A DNA stretch of 64,000 nt from Eledone cirrhosa (Eukaryota). How positions within the stretch are numbered: the first letter of the stretch is position 1; the number at the start of each line of letters is the position of its first letter. The stretch spans positions 188,232,001 to 188,296,000 of the forward strand of contig OZ024743.1 in NCBI GenBank assembly GCA_964016885.1, in the 5' to 3' direction. A program made the translations under genes and the position numbers. The notes under the pieces are model-generated. The model was not told the DNA's origin and ran no database searches. It was given only the letters and a program-made list of their open reading frames with translations. This document shows, one piece after another, positions 14,412-26,918 of this stretch.

Positions 14412-14447
<36 letters not shown>

Positions 14448-14947
14448 CCATATATATATATGTGTGTGTGTGTGTATGAGTATATACTTACATCAATGTA
14501 TATCCATCAGTTCCAAAAATAAATGTTCTAGTTGTTTGATCAATGGATCAGATTTTATGTGAAATTAATGTGCAATTGGTTGGTCACTCCACGGATATTC
14601 TTAACATAATTATTTCCAAAGAGATTCAGCTTGGTACAATCTGGCCCTTCGCATTACTTGTATATTTCATCTACTGGGATTAAACTTTGTATGCTATGAT
14701 GGCAAAACAAACTTCTTAAACAGTTAGTCATGATGCATCCACATCAACATTAAAAACACACATCATTATCACCATTTGATGCTTGATTTCCTTGCTAGCA
14801 AAGGCTTGATGTGTCATCACAGACCAAGTCAAACATTATTAAAACATCAAGGGTCCCTCCCAACAAAGTTCTTTCTCTTCCTCTCCCTCTCTCTCCTCTA
14901 AACACAAACACACAGCCACCCATATGCACAGCAGCATCAGTGGACAA

Positions 14948-15140
14948 AATAAATGGCTACCTATCCGAACCTTTTCAGATCAAGTGCAGTCCATCAGGTA
15001 TGGTCTCTCTCTCTCTTCCCCTCAGTATAAGCTGACTCTTGAGATTTTACTGTGGAAACTGAAGCTGTTGCAGGGCATCCTACTTGAACTAGGTTGTGGA
15101 AGGGCTGTATCAGCATATGTAAATGACGTCACCATATAGG
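14948..15140 (+). pseudogene. L1/Tx1-type RT fragment
   Basis: INGYLSEPFQI, a degraded QG..LSP region, then VSAYVNDVTI (degraded YADD). Frameshifted. Confidence 0.65.
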
Positions 15141-15345
15141 TGTCGAAAACTTTGAGGTAGACTGGCCGCCTGGCATCTGGATTGTTGTCAAATACTCACA
15201 GACCTCTACCAATTGTGCAATGTGGTCAGAGGAATTTCACATTACTTTCCTATGTGACACAAATTATATCAAAATTAGCTTTTTAAACATGTGAAAATCA
15301 TTGAACTTACAAGAGCAAATCCTATCCTAGATGCACGCTTTATTT

Positions 15346-15765
15346 GCTGTGAATTGGCGGTATCGGTAGAGGGTTGGACATGCTTTCCAGCACAGTTACG
15401 TCCCTTACGGTCTGAGTTCAAATCCCGCCGAGGTTAACTTTGCCTTTCATCTTTACGGGGTCGATAAAATAAAGTACCAGTAATGCACTGGGTATTTGCT
15501 GGCCTTGTGCCTAAAGTAGAAACAATTATTATAGGGTGGTAGATTAAAGGTATTGGTAGAGCATCGGGCAACATGCTTTGCTGCATAGAGTTACGGCCCT
15601 TTACGTTTTGAATTCAAATCCCGCCATGGATAGCTTTGCCTTTCATCCTTCCGTGGTTGATAAAATAAAGCACCAGTAATGCTGTGGGCTCAATTTAATT
15701 GTCTTTCCCCTATCCCCAAATTGCTGGCCTTGTGCCTATAGTAGAAATAATAATAATAATTATTA
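15346..15765 (+). mobile_element. Two tandem family A SINE copies (~15346-15532 and ~15533-15765)
   Basis: Both carry the B-box and Meta-like core homologous to 9164-9356. Confidence 0.85.
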
Positions 15766-17321
15766 CTATTTTTGTTGTTGTTCTGAAAAATAATCTTTAT
15801 TTCACCCTGCAATATTTTTCGTTATCACAAGTCTTGTTTTGTCAGCAATTTTATTTAAAATCTAAAATTTTAATTTTAATTTCAATTTTAATTTTAAAGA
15901 ATTAAATAAAACTATTTCTGTATAGAAAAGATAAACCACAAACCACAAACCTTGTCATCACTGCAGCCCAAAATTAAAAAAAGGAAAATAGAAATTTACA
16001 AAAAACGACACTAACAAGAAATAATTTAAAAAAATCATGAAAAAATACCATTAAATTCAAATGAACAGAGATGATGAGTTTAAATTTTGCTCTTTATATT
16101 CAGTTATATTGTTTACAACGAATTTCCACAGGGATGTAGTTGGCTTTATACCCTTGTTTTATGGTTGGTGGGATACTGAACAGTGGTTGTGGGTTTTATT
16201 AATGTTTATTGAAATCCAAGAAGAGAAAGGAAGAGAAAACGGAAGAGAGGAAAGAGATAGAGAAAGAGTGAGAGGAATAGAAAGAGAAAGAATGGAAGAC
16301 AGAAAGGGAGATAAAATGAGAATGAGATAGATAGAGAAAGGGTGAGAACGTGTGAGAGTGACAGAATCAGAGAGAGGGTGTGTGTGTGTGTGTCGTCATA
16401 AGTGTGTGTATACATGTTTGTGCATAAAGAGACACATATTCATATATGTATATATGCACACATTCAAATAAATACAGACATACTTACACACAAAGATTCA
16501 GACAAATAAAGAGAAAGAGAGGGAAGGGGAAGAAAGAGAGAGAAGGTTGGATGAATGTGTTTGTGTTTATGACTATATCTAGGAGTATGTGGATGTAAGT
16601 GTGTGTCTGTGTTTTGGCAAAAGAAATAAGGAGCCTGTTTGCATGATTGCATTTTCTGTGTATTTGCATGTGTTAAGACATAGAGATAAAGAGAGAGATA
16701 ATATTTTTATAAGAGGTAGTATACAAACAAGAGAGAGAAAAGTGTAAAATAGAAACAATGCGTGATTAGTAATGTTTCAGTTTATTATACAGTTTTTGTA
16801 TTTTCTTATTAGTTCTTTGAGCCTAGTTTGGAACAGTAGAGATCTTAAATGTTTCAAAAGGCTTCACAGCTCAATCAATGGAATCAAAACAGTCACATTT
16901 TTTAAAAACAATCAACAAGATCCCAGACCACATTCGCTTGCTGAGTTGGGTGGACCTCATCAAATTGGACCAAGGAAACAATGTTTCCATTGGTCTTTCC
17001 AAATCTTTGGCAGAAAGAGGAGTGAAATAAAGTGTCTTGCTCAAGACACAACACATCATCTGGTCTGAGAATTGAACTCACAACCTCACAATTGTAAACC
17101 CAATTCTCTAACTACTGAGACATGCACCTTCACCTCCACAGTCATATTAATTGTGTTTAGACACTTTTAAGCATGTGACCAAAATGCCATTGGTATAACC
17201 CTTCTGATTCTGAGGATGGAGCAGTGAGAGCTTCATAATTTTAATATGCACATGAGATTAGGAACGCTACTATTCCAAATTTAGCAGAAAGAACTTATAG
17301 GGAAATACAAAAATTCGTCAC

Positions 17322-17655
17322 CATAATCGTTTTTATGTCCATTTATGCTTGCATAGTTTGGATGGGTCATTCTCAACACAGCATCTCACCACTCACCAGA
17401 TTTCTTCATCGCCTACTCTGTGAGTCTCACTACCTCTGTCCAGGTCTTTCTTGGTGTACCTGTGCAACTTTCTTCTGCTGGCATTTCCTTATCCATCGAT
17501 CATCATCCATGTTAATCACATGCCCATACCAATGTGTTCTTCTCTCTTGCACACCACCTCAGATTCTTCTTAAGCCCAAGTTCTCCCACAGCCTTTCTCT
17601 CACATTTACATTGCACATTCAATGTAGCATGGCTGCTTCATTTCTTTCCACTGTA
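17322..17655 (-). mobile_element. RTE LINE 3' fragment
   Basis: Homologous to the 3' end of the RTE at 46530-48875 and to 23315-23730 and 35450-36040. Confidence 0.7.
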
Positions 17656-17791
17656 TGTGCTGATTTGATTGCAATTAATACAACCATAAACTGGTTCAGC
17701 ACTTGATACAATGCTGTGATTTGAAGGTTCAGCCATGCTGACACAGTGGATGGAGAATGAAAGCTACTTAGTATCAAGTGAGATCCCAGAG

Positions 17792-18597
17792 ACTCTCATT
17801 TCATCATCTCATCTGTCCCATAATCTGGTAGACCATTGGGGCACCACAGATGATCTGGCAACCAGCTCCTACCATTCCTCTCACCTCTTCGTCACCTAGC
17901 TTCATGCCTGTCCATTCCAAGATATTGTCCTCCCATCTCTTTTTCTGTTGCCTCTCTCCCATCTTTGTACTGTTCCCTGCAGGATAGTCTTGGCAAGCCC
18001 TGAAGATCTTGTCACATACCCGTACCATATCAATTTGCATTTTTTTACAATGGTTAGTAGGTCTTTGTAGAGCCCGATGGATGCCAAATTCTGTTTCACA
18101 CCTCCTCATTGGAGATGCAGTCTCTGTGATTCCAAGGAGCTTTCTGAAGTATCTCATCTCCATAGATTGTATCCTTCTTTCCAGATCTGCTATTATTGTC
18201 CAAGATTCACAGGCATACAAGAATATGGACATGACCAGAGACTGCATCAGTCTGATCTTTGAGCTGAGGGCTATGTTTTTTGTCATTCCAGATGGTCTTA
18301 AGTTTTGTAAGTGCTTCTGTGGTCTGGGCAGATCTGGTGAGCAATTTGGGCCTAGATCCTTCATCTGAAATGAATGTCCCCAGGTATTTGAAAATGTTGA
18401 TGCACTCTAGTTTCTCACCATTAACCCTGATGTCAGTGCTGATGTCATTGGTGCTGTTGGTCATCACTTCGGTCTGTTTTGCACTTATTTGCATGCCATA
18501 GGTTGTAGAAGTCTTGTCAAGACATTCCACTAGGCTGGTTAGTTCCCTTTTCTTCCCTGCAAGTTCATAACAGTCCTGTTGCCAATGCTGACACCCA
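17792..18597 (-). mobile_element. RTE (BovB-like) LINE, 3' arm of a 5'-inverted insertion
   Basis: VSIGNRTVMNL...AGKKRELTSLV...FKYLG...SKIRLMQSLVMSIFLYACESWT...KTILQGTV...KKRWEDNI, ending in a (GATGA)-type tail. Confidence 0.9.
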
Positions 18598-19023
18598 CCC
18601 AAGCAAAGTAATTTTGAAGATCTTGCTAGACCCACTGAAACCACAAGTGGAAAAGATTATCACTGAAGAGCAAGCAGATTTCCGACCAGGGCAAAGCACA
18701 ACAGAGCAGATCTCCAAACTTAGAATAATATGCAAAAGGTACCTCCAGCATCAACAGGACCTCTACCACGTCTTTGTGGACTTCAAGAAGGCGTTCAACA
18801 GGGTTTGACCTGCAGCACTTTGGGCCACAATGAAGCTGTACAACATCAATGGCAACTTTATCAGAGTGATATGGAGCCTATATAACAAAGCCACCAGCGT
18901 AGTCTACTTAAACAACAGTGTTGGGGACTGGTTTAGAACCACATTCAGAGTAAGACAGGGCTGTTTGCTCTCTCCAACTCTCTTCAACATCTTCTTAGAG
19001 ATAATTATGACAAATGCATTGGG
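18594..19023 (+). mobile_element. RTE LINE RT segment, inverted 5' arm of the same insertion
   Basis: HPSKVILKI...EEQADFRPGQSTTEQI...FVDFKKAFNRV...VRQGCLLSPTLFNIFLE..MTNAL. Confidence 0.9.
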
Positions 19024-20100
19024 TCCCAGAGTATAGGTATAAAAAAAATAGAGTGACATATCAATTTAACATGTTTATTTTCATTCAATGTGTTTCACTT
19101 GTAATTCAGCTGTAGTGAATATTACTTAGTTCTTATACAATAATAGGGTTCTAATTTGAGAGTGTGTTTAACTGTTATTGTTTTTATTCATCTGAAAAAC
19201 CTGTCACGTTTTAGTCAAAACTTATCATTACATAAAAGATATGTAATTGTCAATGGTGTTGAACCAAATTATGAGTGAAACATATGTAACAAAAGTAAAC
19301 ATAAGTTAAGTTGATATCTCACTTAACTTCTACTTTCCTTGCTAGCAAATGTTTGACAAGTCTTCACAGACCAAGTCAGTGCTGAAGTGGGAATACTGAC
19401 CCCTCAGACAGGCTGGAGGTTCATACCTCACTTACATATGCTTCCATTTTCTACCGAGGGCACTTTATTGTAGCACCAGCACTAGAGAGGGTGTCATATC
19501 TTTTAAACAATTAAAGGGTTCATCCAGCTCTTTCTATGGCTGGATGCCCTTCCTATCATCAACCACTTTACAGCATGTACTGGATGCATTTATCATGTAG
19601 ATAACCAAACACTGAAGAGGTTGTTGCAACTGAAGGGTCAGCTCACATCTTTTGGTATGGTTTCTACATTGGGTTGCCCTTCCTATCCGGGTGATAGGAA
19701 CGGCATCAAGCCTTAGAAAACCTGCCAAATGGTTGGAAGGACTCTTTAGCTGTGTCAAAGACATGACAACCTTCTTAGTGCTGGTGTCACAATAAAATGT
19801 ACTCGGTAGGGCAGGGGATTGTATGCAAGCAAGGTGTGGGTCTCTGGACTATCAGAGCATGTCAAATGGAAAAATAGATGGAAAAAGATGATCACACACA
19901 CACACACACCCACATATATATATATTTATATATATATAAATAAAAGATCAGAATGGATGCAGTAAAACCTGTTAGACCATTACTCACCAGAGTACTTGAT
20001 TCTTGGGGTAGTAGAGTGTGGTAATATGAAGGAGTTGGAACCCCTACAGCTGAGCTCCTGCCATTTCAACTGCTAGTATATATATATATATATATATATA

Positions 20101-20380
20101 TCATCATCACCGTTTTACGTCTATTCTTCCACGCTAGCATGGGTTAGATGGGTTGTTCTGTTGTGGGCAATGCCAGGTCAAGTGTCCATGTCTTGCTCAT
20201 ACAGAACTGATCCTGGCTTGATTTCTACAGCTGGATGCCCTTCCTACCACCAACCTCTTTTACTGTGAGTACTGGGTGCTTTTTTACCATGGTGTCTACC
20301 CAACCATTTTACAGTGTGGACTGGGTGCTTTTTTGTCGTGACACCTACACAACCACTTTACAGTAGGGGCGGGGTGTACA
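20101..20380 (-). mobile_element. Short RTE-tailed non-autonomous element (family C)
   Basis: Carries the GGAAGGGCATCCAGC motif and the RTE-type 3' end CCCATGCTAGC...GATGATGA on the minus strand. Confidence 0.7.
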
Positions 20381-23314
20381 TGCTTCAGCTTGTACCTGTG
20401 GGAAGTCAAGTTTTGTATTATATATATATAAAGAGTGTGAGAAGGCAAAGAGACAAGAAATAGTGAAATAGTGGTTACATCTGTAATGAGTTTATTTTGA
20501 TTTTCTCCAGTATGTAATACCTACAACTATTGTAATGTTATACAGAAGGTGTCACTGCAAAATTTTCCCAAGTCAGAGAGATAAACAGAATGAAACAGAG
20601 AAAGACAAATACACACAGAAGATCCTTACGAGGTCAATAAAATAATGTACCAGTCTCGCACTTGGGTCAATTTAATCAACTTTCCCCTCCCTCCAAATTG
20701 CTGGCCTTGTACCTATAGTAGAAATCATTATGTTTTCTTTTTTAATTTGATTAACTGATTTAATTGGAGTTCACTTGTTTATTTGTTGTTTTGTTTTTAG
20801 ATTTCAAACTTTCCTTGAAGGAGATTTGTCAATTAATTGAATGGAGAATCTCAGTCAATCCATGTCTTTCTACTCACTATATTACATATGTGAAACTTTT
20901 ACTGTTTAGTATGCAGAACACACTTCTGAGGTATTTCCCTCCAGCCATTGTGTTAATACTCAGGCAGTGCATCCAAGAGACAATGAAATAAGTTACAACT
21001 ACTAGATGTACAGGTGATGAGGATGATTTATTAAGCAGTACACCTGTACATCTAGTAGTTGTCACTTATTTTATTGTCACTTGCACACATTACTTGAGTA
21101 TTAACACAAATGCCAAATGGTTAAAACGTTTGTTTTGCAATCACAGCATCCTGGGTTCTCTCCCACAGTGTAGCATCTTAGACAGGTGTTTTTACCGAGC
21201 ATCAGTTCAACACAAGTTTTGTTCAAAGAAGATACTTAATTACCGAGATCTGGCCGACTGCTTCCTCTTTGTACTGATCTCCATTGAGACCAATGGTGTC
21301 CTTGGTTCCTGTACTGCTGTCTTCCTCCATAAAATCAGAAAGACAATGAAGTGTGGTTGCAGTTATAGTGGATGCCTCTGAACTTTTTAATACCTTTGCC
21401 ATTTTTTTCTATGGAGCACAGGTGAAACACCTCCCAGACTGGAGTGTAGTGTCTGTTCCCTCTCTCCCTTTATTTCATTGCTTAATTTTTTTTTCTTCTT
21501 TTCTTTTCCTTTTTTTGTTACTTTTAATAGCCTGTTTTGTCTTTATATAAACAGCTTTGTAAATTAGAATATATAGATATTTGTTCTTATTAAGAAAAAA
21601 GTTTGTGAGTGAAATTGGATAGATGGAAATGTCATGGAAGCCCATTTCATAGACTGTACATGTTATTCAAAGAGCCAGCTTTGTAACACATTAACACACT
21701 CATTTCAATTCAGAATTATGTTAAACTATAGGTGACTGTTGTATAGTTGGTCTCTTACATGATAATTCACTGAGCAAACCTTTCATTTCATTGGTTGGGA
21801 TGTGGAGATTGACATAAAAAATTACACTAATGTTGAGAGGAGAGAAAAGGTTTGGGAAAACGAGAGAGAGAGGGGGGGGGGGGCAGGTGAGAAAGAGAAA
21901 TAGTAATGTATAGAGAGGAAGAAGAAGAATGATTTAAAGAACTTCTTGACAAGGGATGATAAACAGAAAGAAGTTAGGTAAAAGATAGAAAAAGAAAGGC
22001 AATAGCAAAACCTGAGGAGAGAACAAAAGTGGGAGAGAAATAGGCAGAAAGAGATAATGTACAAATCTAAAGAGAAACAGACAAGAAATGAAGGTAGAGA
22101 GCCAGGGATGGGGTGTTGATATCAAAATAGAATTAGATCAAAACAAAATCAGAACAAGTTAACATTATAATAATTTTGTTAAAATGCATGATTAAATGGG
22201 AATCATAAAACTGCCCACAATAAAACTCTGAAAAAATACATTTTGTTTGGTCTGACAAACCAAACAAATTTTATCTTTTTGCTATTAAATTTGGAATTTT
22301 TTTTATTAATATTGAAAAAACTAGTTATTTCATTTTCCCTCGTTTGATAGTGATGTTAGTTATAATGAAATCTAATTAGCTATCTTTGTCCTTTTAAATC
22401 TTGTTTCTTGCTTCTGCCTAATAACATGACTTAAATGAAATTAATGACACCAATGAATTACACCCTGTTTAGATGTACTTTGTGGTATCTCCTTCCTTTT
22501 GTAATTAGCCATAATAATTTGATTGTTATTATTAATAGTAGCCTTTATTATAATCACTGCATTTTGACTTTCAAAATTTGTAACTACCTCCTTCCTATCA
22601 TCAAAAATATTTCTGTTGGTAACACATCATTTATGGTTCCCCATGAAGTTGTTTGTCCCAAAATTTCTATAATATAATAAGTCCATTAATATTTTAAAAC
22701 ATGTTTCAACTATTGTGATTAGCAATGTTTCTGATAATTTTTTCAGATTTTTGTATTATTATTAAAATTTCTCAATATACATCTATATGATTAAACAACA
22801 TTCTAAAACAGTTAAGTGAACTTCTTTTTATTGCAATTATTGAAATTTATTTTATAAAATTACAACATTTTTTGTTTAACAACACTTCTTTCTGTTCTGT
22901 TGATTTCTAATATGTACCAATCATTATCCTGTTTTGTCATCATCCCTGTTACCCATCAATATTGTTGTGGCTGGAGGTAGTTTAACACATTTTTCTCCCA
23001 TGCTGAAACAATTTGGTTATGTTGGTTGTATGACATATCTCTATTCTTAAAGAATACCAAAATATATATATTTTAACTTTCTATTCCCGTCTATATGATG
23101 TCCTTTTAGAAGTCATGACCTTCAGATGAATGTATTAACATTCATCATTTCATTTTAGACTTTATTTGTTTCTCTATATTTCTAATACTTTAACCTAAAA
23201 TTAGCAGAGTTGTTATAGTATTAAATAGTGTGACTTGTGTTGGGAGTTCAAATCCTACTAAGGTCAATTTCATATTTCATTATTCAGGGTCAGTAAATTA
23301 AGTACCAGGCAAGA

Positions 23315-23730
23315 TATCATTATCATCATCATAGTGTTTACATTTGTTTTTCCAAGCTTGCATGGGTTGAACAGGTCCTTTTCGATGCAGCATAGCTCTG
23401 CTCATTGCATTCTTTTGTCATCTCCTCTGTGAATCACATCTATTTGAGATCAGCTTTTACCATCTCTAACCAGATCTTCTTAGGTTTACCTCTACTACAG
23501 CTTCCTTCTACTGGGATTTCCTGGCACTTCTTCACTCACCAATCATCACCCATGTGCATCACATGTATGTACCAATGCAGTCTTCTCTCTTGCACACCAC
23601 TTTGGATTCCTCTTAAACCCAGTTTCTCCCTCAGTTCATTCAAGCTCTGCCTTTCTCACATTTACATTGCACATCCAACGAAGCATGGTTGCTTCATTTC
23701 TCTCTAGTCTATTCATGTTCTCTACAGTCA
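23315..23730 (-). mobile_element. RTE LINE 3' fragment
   Basis: Homology to ~48480-48875, with a (CAT)n tail at the left end. Confidence 0.75.
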
Positions 23731-25148
23731 CTAATGGCAGTTCTTCTCTCTTTCTCTTTCTTCACCCACCCCCTTTCTTTCTCTCTGAAATAGCTACCTT
23801 GCACTGTGAAAAGGTTTGTGAGGAATAGTTGAGTGAGGGCCTAGCAATATCTTCTTTTGGAAAAAAATCATTGGCTACAGAAACCATCTAAGAAGAACCT
23901 GATGTGCAGCATAGCATAGAATGGTATACTAATAAATAGTCTGTTATTGAATTTAGATGTATTCCTTACAAGACAAACAAATATTATGTTCATAATCATT
24001 TGTTTATCACATTTATTGACAAACACAAAGTTGTTTACATTTCAGGCAATATCCAATCAAATGGTTGCTGACACAGATGAATGATTTCTTTTATAATTCT
24101 GCCAAGGGATAGAAAAAGAGATAGTGCAAATGACCTTTTTTTGGACCCCCTTAGCCAGATGAAATTGCTGTAGTTGATATTCAATTTGAGAAGGTGTAAA
24201 GCTAAAACAGCTGTATGAACTCATTACTGTGAAGCTGTCAGTTGCTGTGTTGAAACTGAATTATTTCATAATCAACATAACCATTATTGATGATAAATTT
24301 ATAGGTGTTGAATATGTGTGTACTCAGCAACAATGTTCATGTTTTTGTTAATGCACCTTGGTTACCTCTGATATAAGACATTCCAGCCAGTTATAATTCT
24401 GTTGTTTCAATTTTACATTAATACATGCATTCAGTGCTACTTGTCAATGTACGCTACTACAGTCTTTCACTTAATGAAATTTGTTTTATCCTGACCATTG
24501 ACATGATATTGTAGGTCAGTGAGCTTTTCACCATGAGGAGTTAGCAAGTGATCATCATGTTCTGTGGAAACCATTGGATGGATACACAAAGAGAAGTAGA
24601 AGGAAAAAAGTTATATAGATAGCCTGCTGGAAGATAATGGATTGGATAGTGAGGGAGAGGTCAGAATGCTGATTATTGATAGAGAGCTTTGGATGGCATG
24701 TGTAAAGACATTTGGACAACCTGGCATTCGCATAGTTATATAAATAGTGCTTTTATTCCTTGTATCATCATGTTGCTAAATGATGCATGGGAACTTGTTT
24801 GACAAGCATTATGAAAATTCCTTCAGAGAATACAAGTTACCTTCCTTTGGGTATTCCTGTCAAAATACTATCTTGTTACTTAAATGAAACCAAGGTTGCT
24901 ACGCATGCCAGGCCATTAAGAATGTACATACCCTGAACAAAAGGATTTTGTCCAATACTTCCACTTTCAAACAAGCTAAATGGAATTGGGCAGGGTAATG
25001 CAGCATTTTTTATGACATTACAATTTAAGAATATGTACTTTTAGAGTTATTACATTAAATAGAAATGTTGTTATTTAGTTATGTTTGTGTTCTACCCAGA
25101 AAAATATATTTTATTTCTCACCTATAAAACTATCAATCAATTTAGAAC

Positions 25149-25523
25149 TGTAGCGGTTGTCTCCCTTGTTTTGATTAGGATCTAGACGGGAAGTGGAACC
25201 CTTTCTGCAACTTCCGGTCAGAGCCCTATAAAACTAACAACTTTAAGCTTCCTTTCTCTCTTTGCCTTTTCGGCACCAGGTCAAGAGCCTCTCATTGGGC
25301 TCCGCCATTAATTTGGCCAACAGGCGCCTGGCCTTAGCCAGGCGTCCTCTGCCAGCCGCGTTTGCCTGGCAATCAAAACGGTAACTACTAACTTTGCTTC
25401 ATTCTAACAACATCCTCATCTTTGACATGTCAAGTATACTATCTACCATTGTTAATTAAATATTATACACACAAACCATGTCTCGTTTTGTTACATTCAT
25501 ACAACCTCAGTAATCTCGCTATA
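25149..25523 (+). repeat. 5' LTR
   Basis: TGTAGCG...CGCTATA, with TATAAAA at ~25227. Direct repeat of 26919-27293. Confidence 0.95.
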
Positions 25524-25524
25524 T

Positions 25525-25556
25525 TGGTAACCCTGACGTGATACGAACACGCAGCC
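25525..25556 (+). promoter_or_regulatory. Extended primer-binding site complementary to the tRNA-Trp 3' end
   Basis: TGGTAACCCTGACGTGATACGAACACGCAGCC compared with the recalled reverse complement of metazoan tRNA-Trp(CCA), TGGTGACCCCGACGTGATTCGAACACGCAGCC. Confidence 0.85.
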
Positions 25557-26918
25557 GTTCATCGCTATAAGTGGTCACCCCCCCAAAAAAAAGAAAAAAA
25601 TAGCACATCTGGTTTTGTGAGTAACATTACGAATACACAGCAAATTTAGCGACAAACTATGAAAATACTCAAGGACACGCACACACGCACATGTGGAATT
25701 CGCACAGACAGACTTTTTCTCTCACGCATCAATTAACTGTCGCATTTCACCAATATATATATATATATGTTTCTCGTTTCTTACAACGAACACTTTCAAA
25801 ACAAAACAAAAAAAACAAAACATTTCACGATATATATACATGTTTCTCGTTTCTTACAACGAACTCTTTCAAAACAAAAAAAAAAAAAAAAAGAAATTCG
25901 ATATTCTTTAAAAAAAACATTTCAACAGGAACATATATTTTCGATGAACCATTGCCTTTTTTTTCATCGTTTTCTTCATCGTTCAAGTTTTTTTGTTTTT
26001 TTTCCCAAAGTTCACACCAATAATTATGCTGAGTGAAGCCTTTCTTTTTCATCATTGTCAATTTCAAAATTGTACTATCATTTTCTCGCGCGTTAGAAAT
26101 ATTATTTTTTTCAACCTTGTATTGGCACGTGTAGGCAGCACAAATTCTCGATTCACAGAGATGTCTCTACTCACAGACAGCCGCACGCCAGAGATAACAT
26201 TTCTCACCAGGGATTCTTCAGCCTTAAGCTATATTCTTCTATTTGCCGGTTTATAAATTTACTATGTAAATTTACCGTGGATAACCGCGCATTTATTAAG
26301 AATGCTTATTTCTCTGGTCGCTGGCCTCTTGACCCTTCCAGATCAACGCATTCTCAACATCGACCATCAACTTCGGCTGCTATTTCTAGCACTTTGCGCA
26401 ACTCATTTTTTCTAAAGAAAATTTTTTTACTGTGAATTTAAACACCGAATACGCTCACTCAGCGAGACAACAGCAGCAGCAACAGCAATATAACAGCAAC
26501 AGCAATACATCAATACAGCTTCACCAAAGCCAGAGAATTCATTTTTGCAGCACTCTTCCTGTGAGAAAATCCATTCGGAGGTTGGAAATTTCACGATATA
26601 CCACAGAACAGAAACCACCTGCATTCATTCTCTGGAGCACACTTTCTTTTCTGCTGTCATGTGATTGCACACCTGTGAACTATATTTTGAACTTTGAGCT
26701 CTTCTATTACTTTTACTTTATTACATTGTATCTTTGGGTGATGGATAGATGGATGTCCAGTCGTTCTCTGGCCAAGAGCGGTTGGCTACCTTGATATCTA
26801 TCATTGATTTTTCCAAACATTCTTTTGTCGTAATTTTCATGCCTGTTACAACATTCTCGCCAACTTGCTACATATTTTCATTTCGATTTTTATACACTAA
26901 AATTCTGGCGGGAGGTTA

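Noticed and set aside
21243-21402. Minus-strand ATG-to-GT open segment (MAKVLKSSEAST...)
   Set aside because: Short, with no recognisable domain. It could equally be a decayed LINE ORF1 fragment.
25525-25560. Minus-strand tRNA-Trp gene
   Set aside because: Only the 3' part is present, and it includes the post-transcriptional CCA next to an LTR. It is a PBS or cDNA copy.
26432-26794. Poly-Q ORF inside the LTR element as a possible gag or integrase remnant
   Set aside because: The Q run comes from a CAG/CAA repeat. No CCHC, DDE or RT motif is recognisable.
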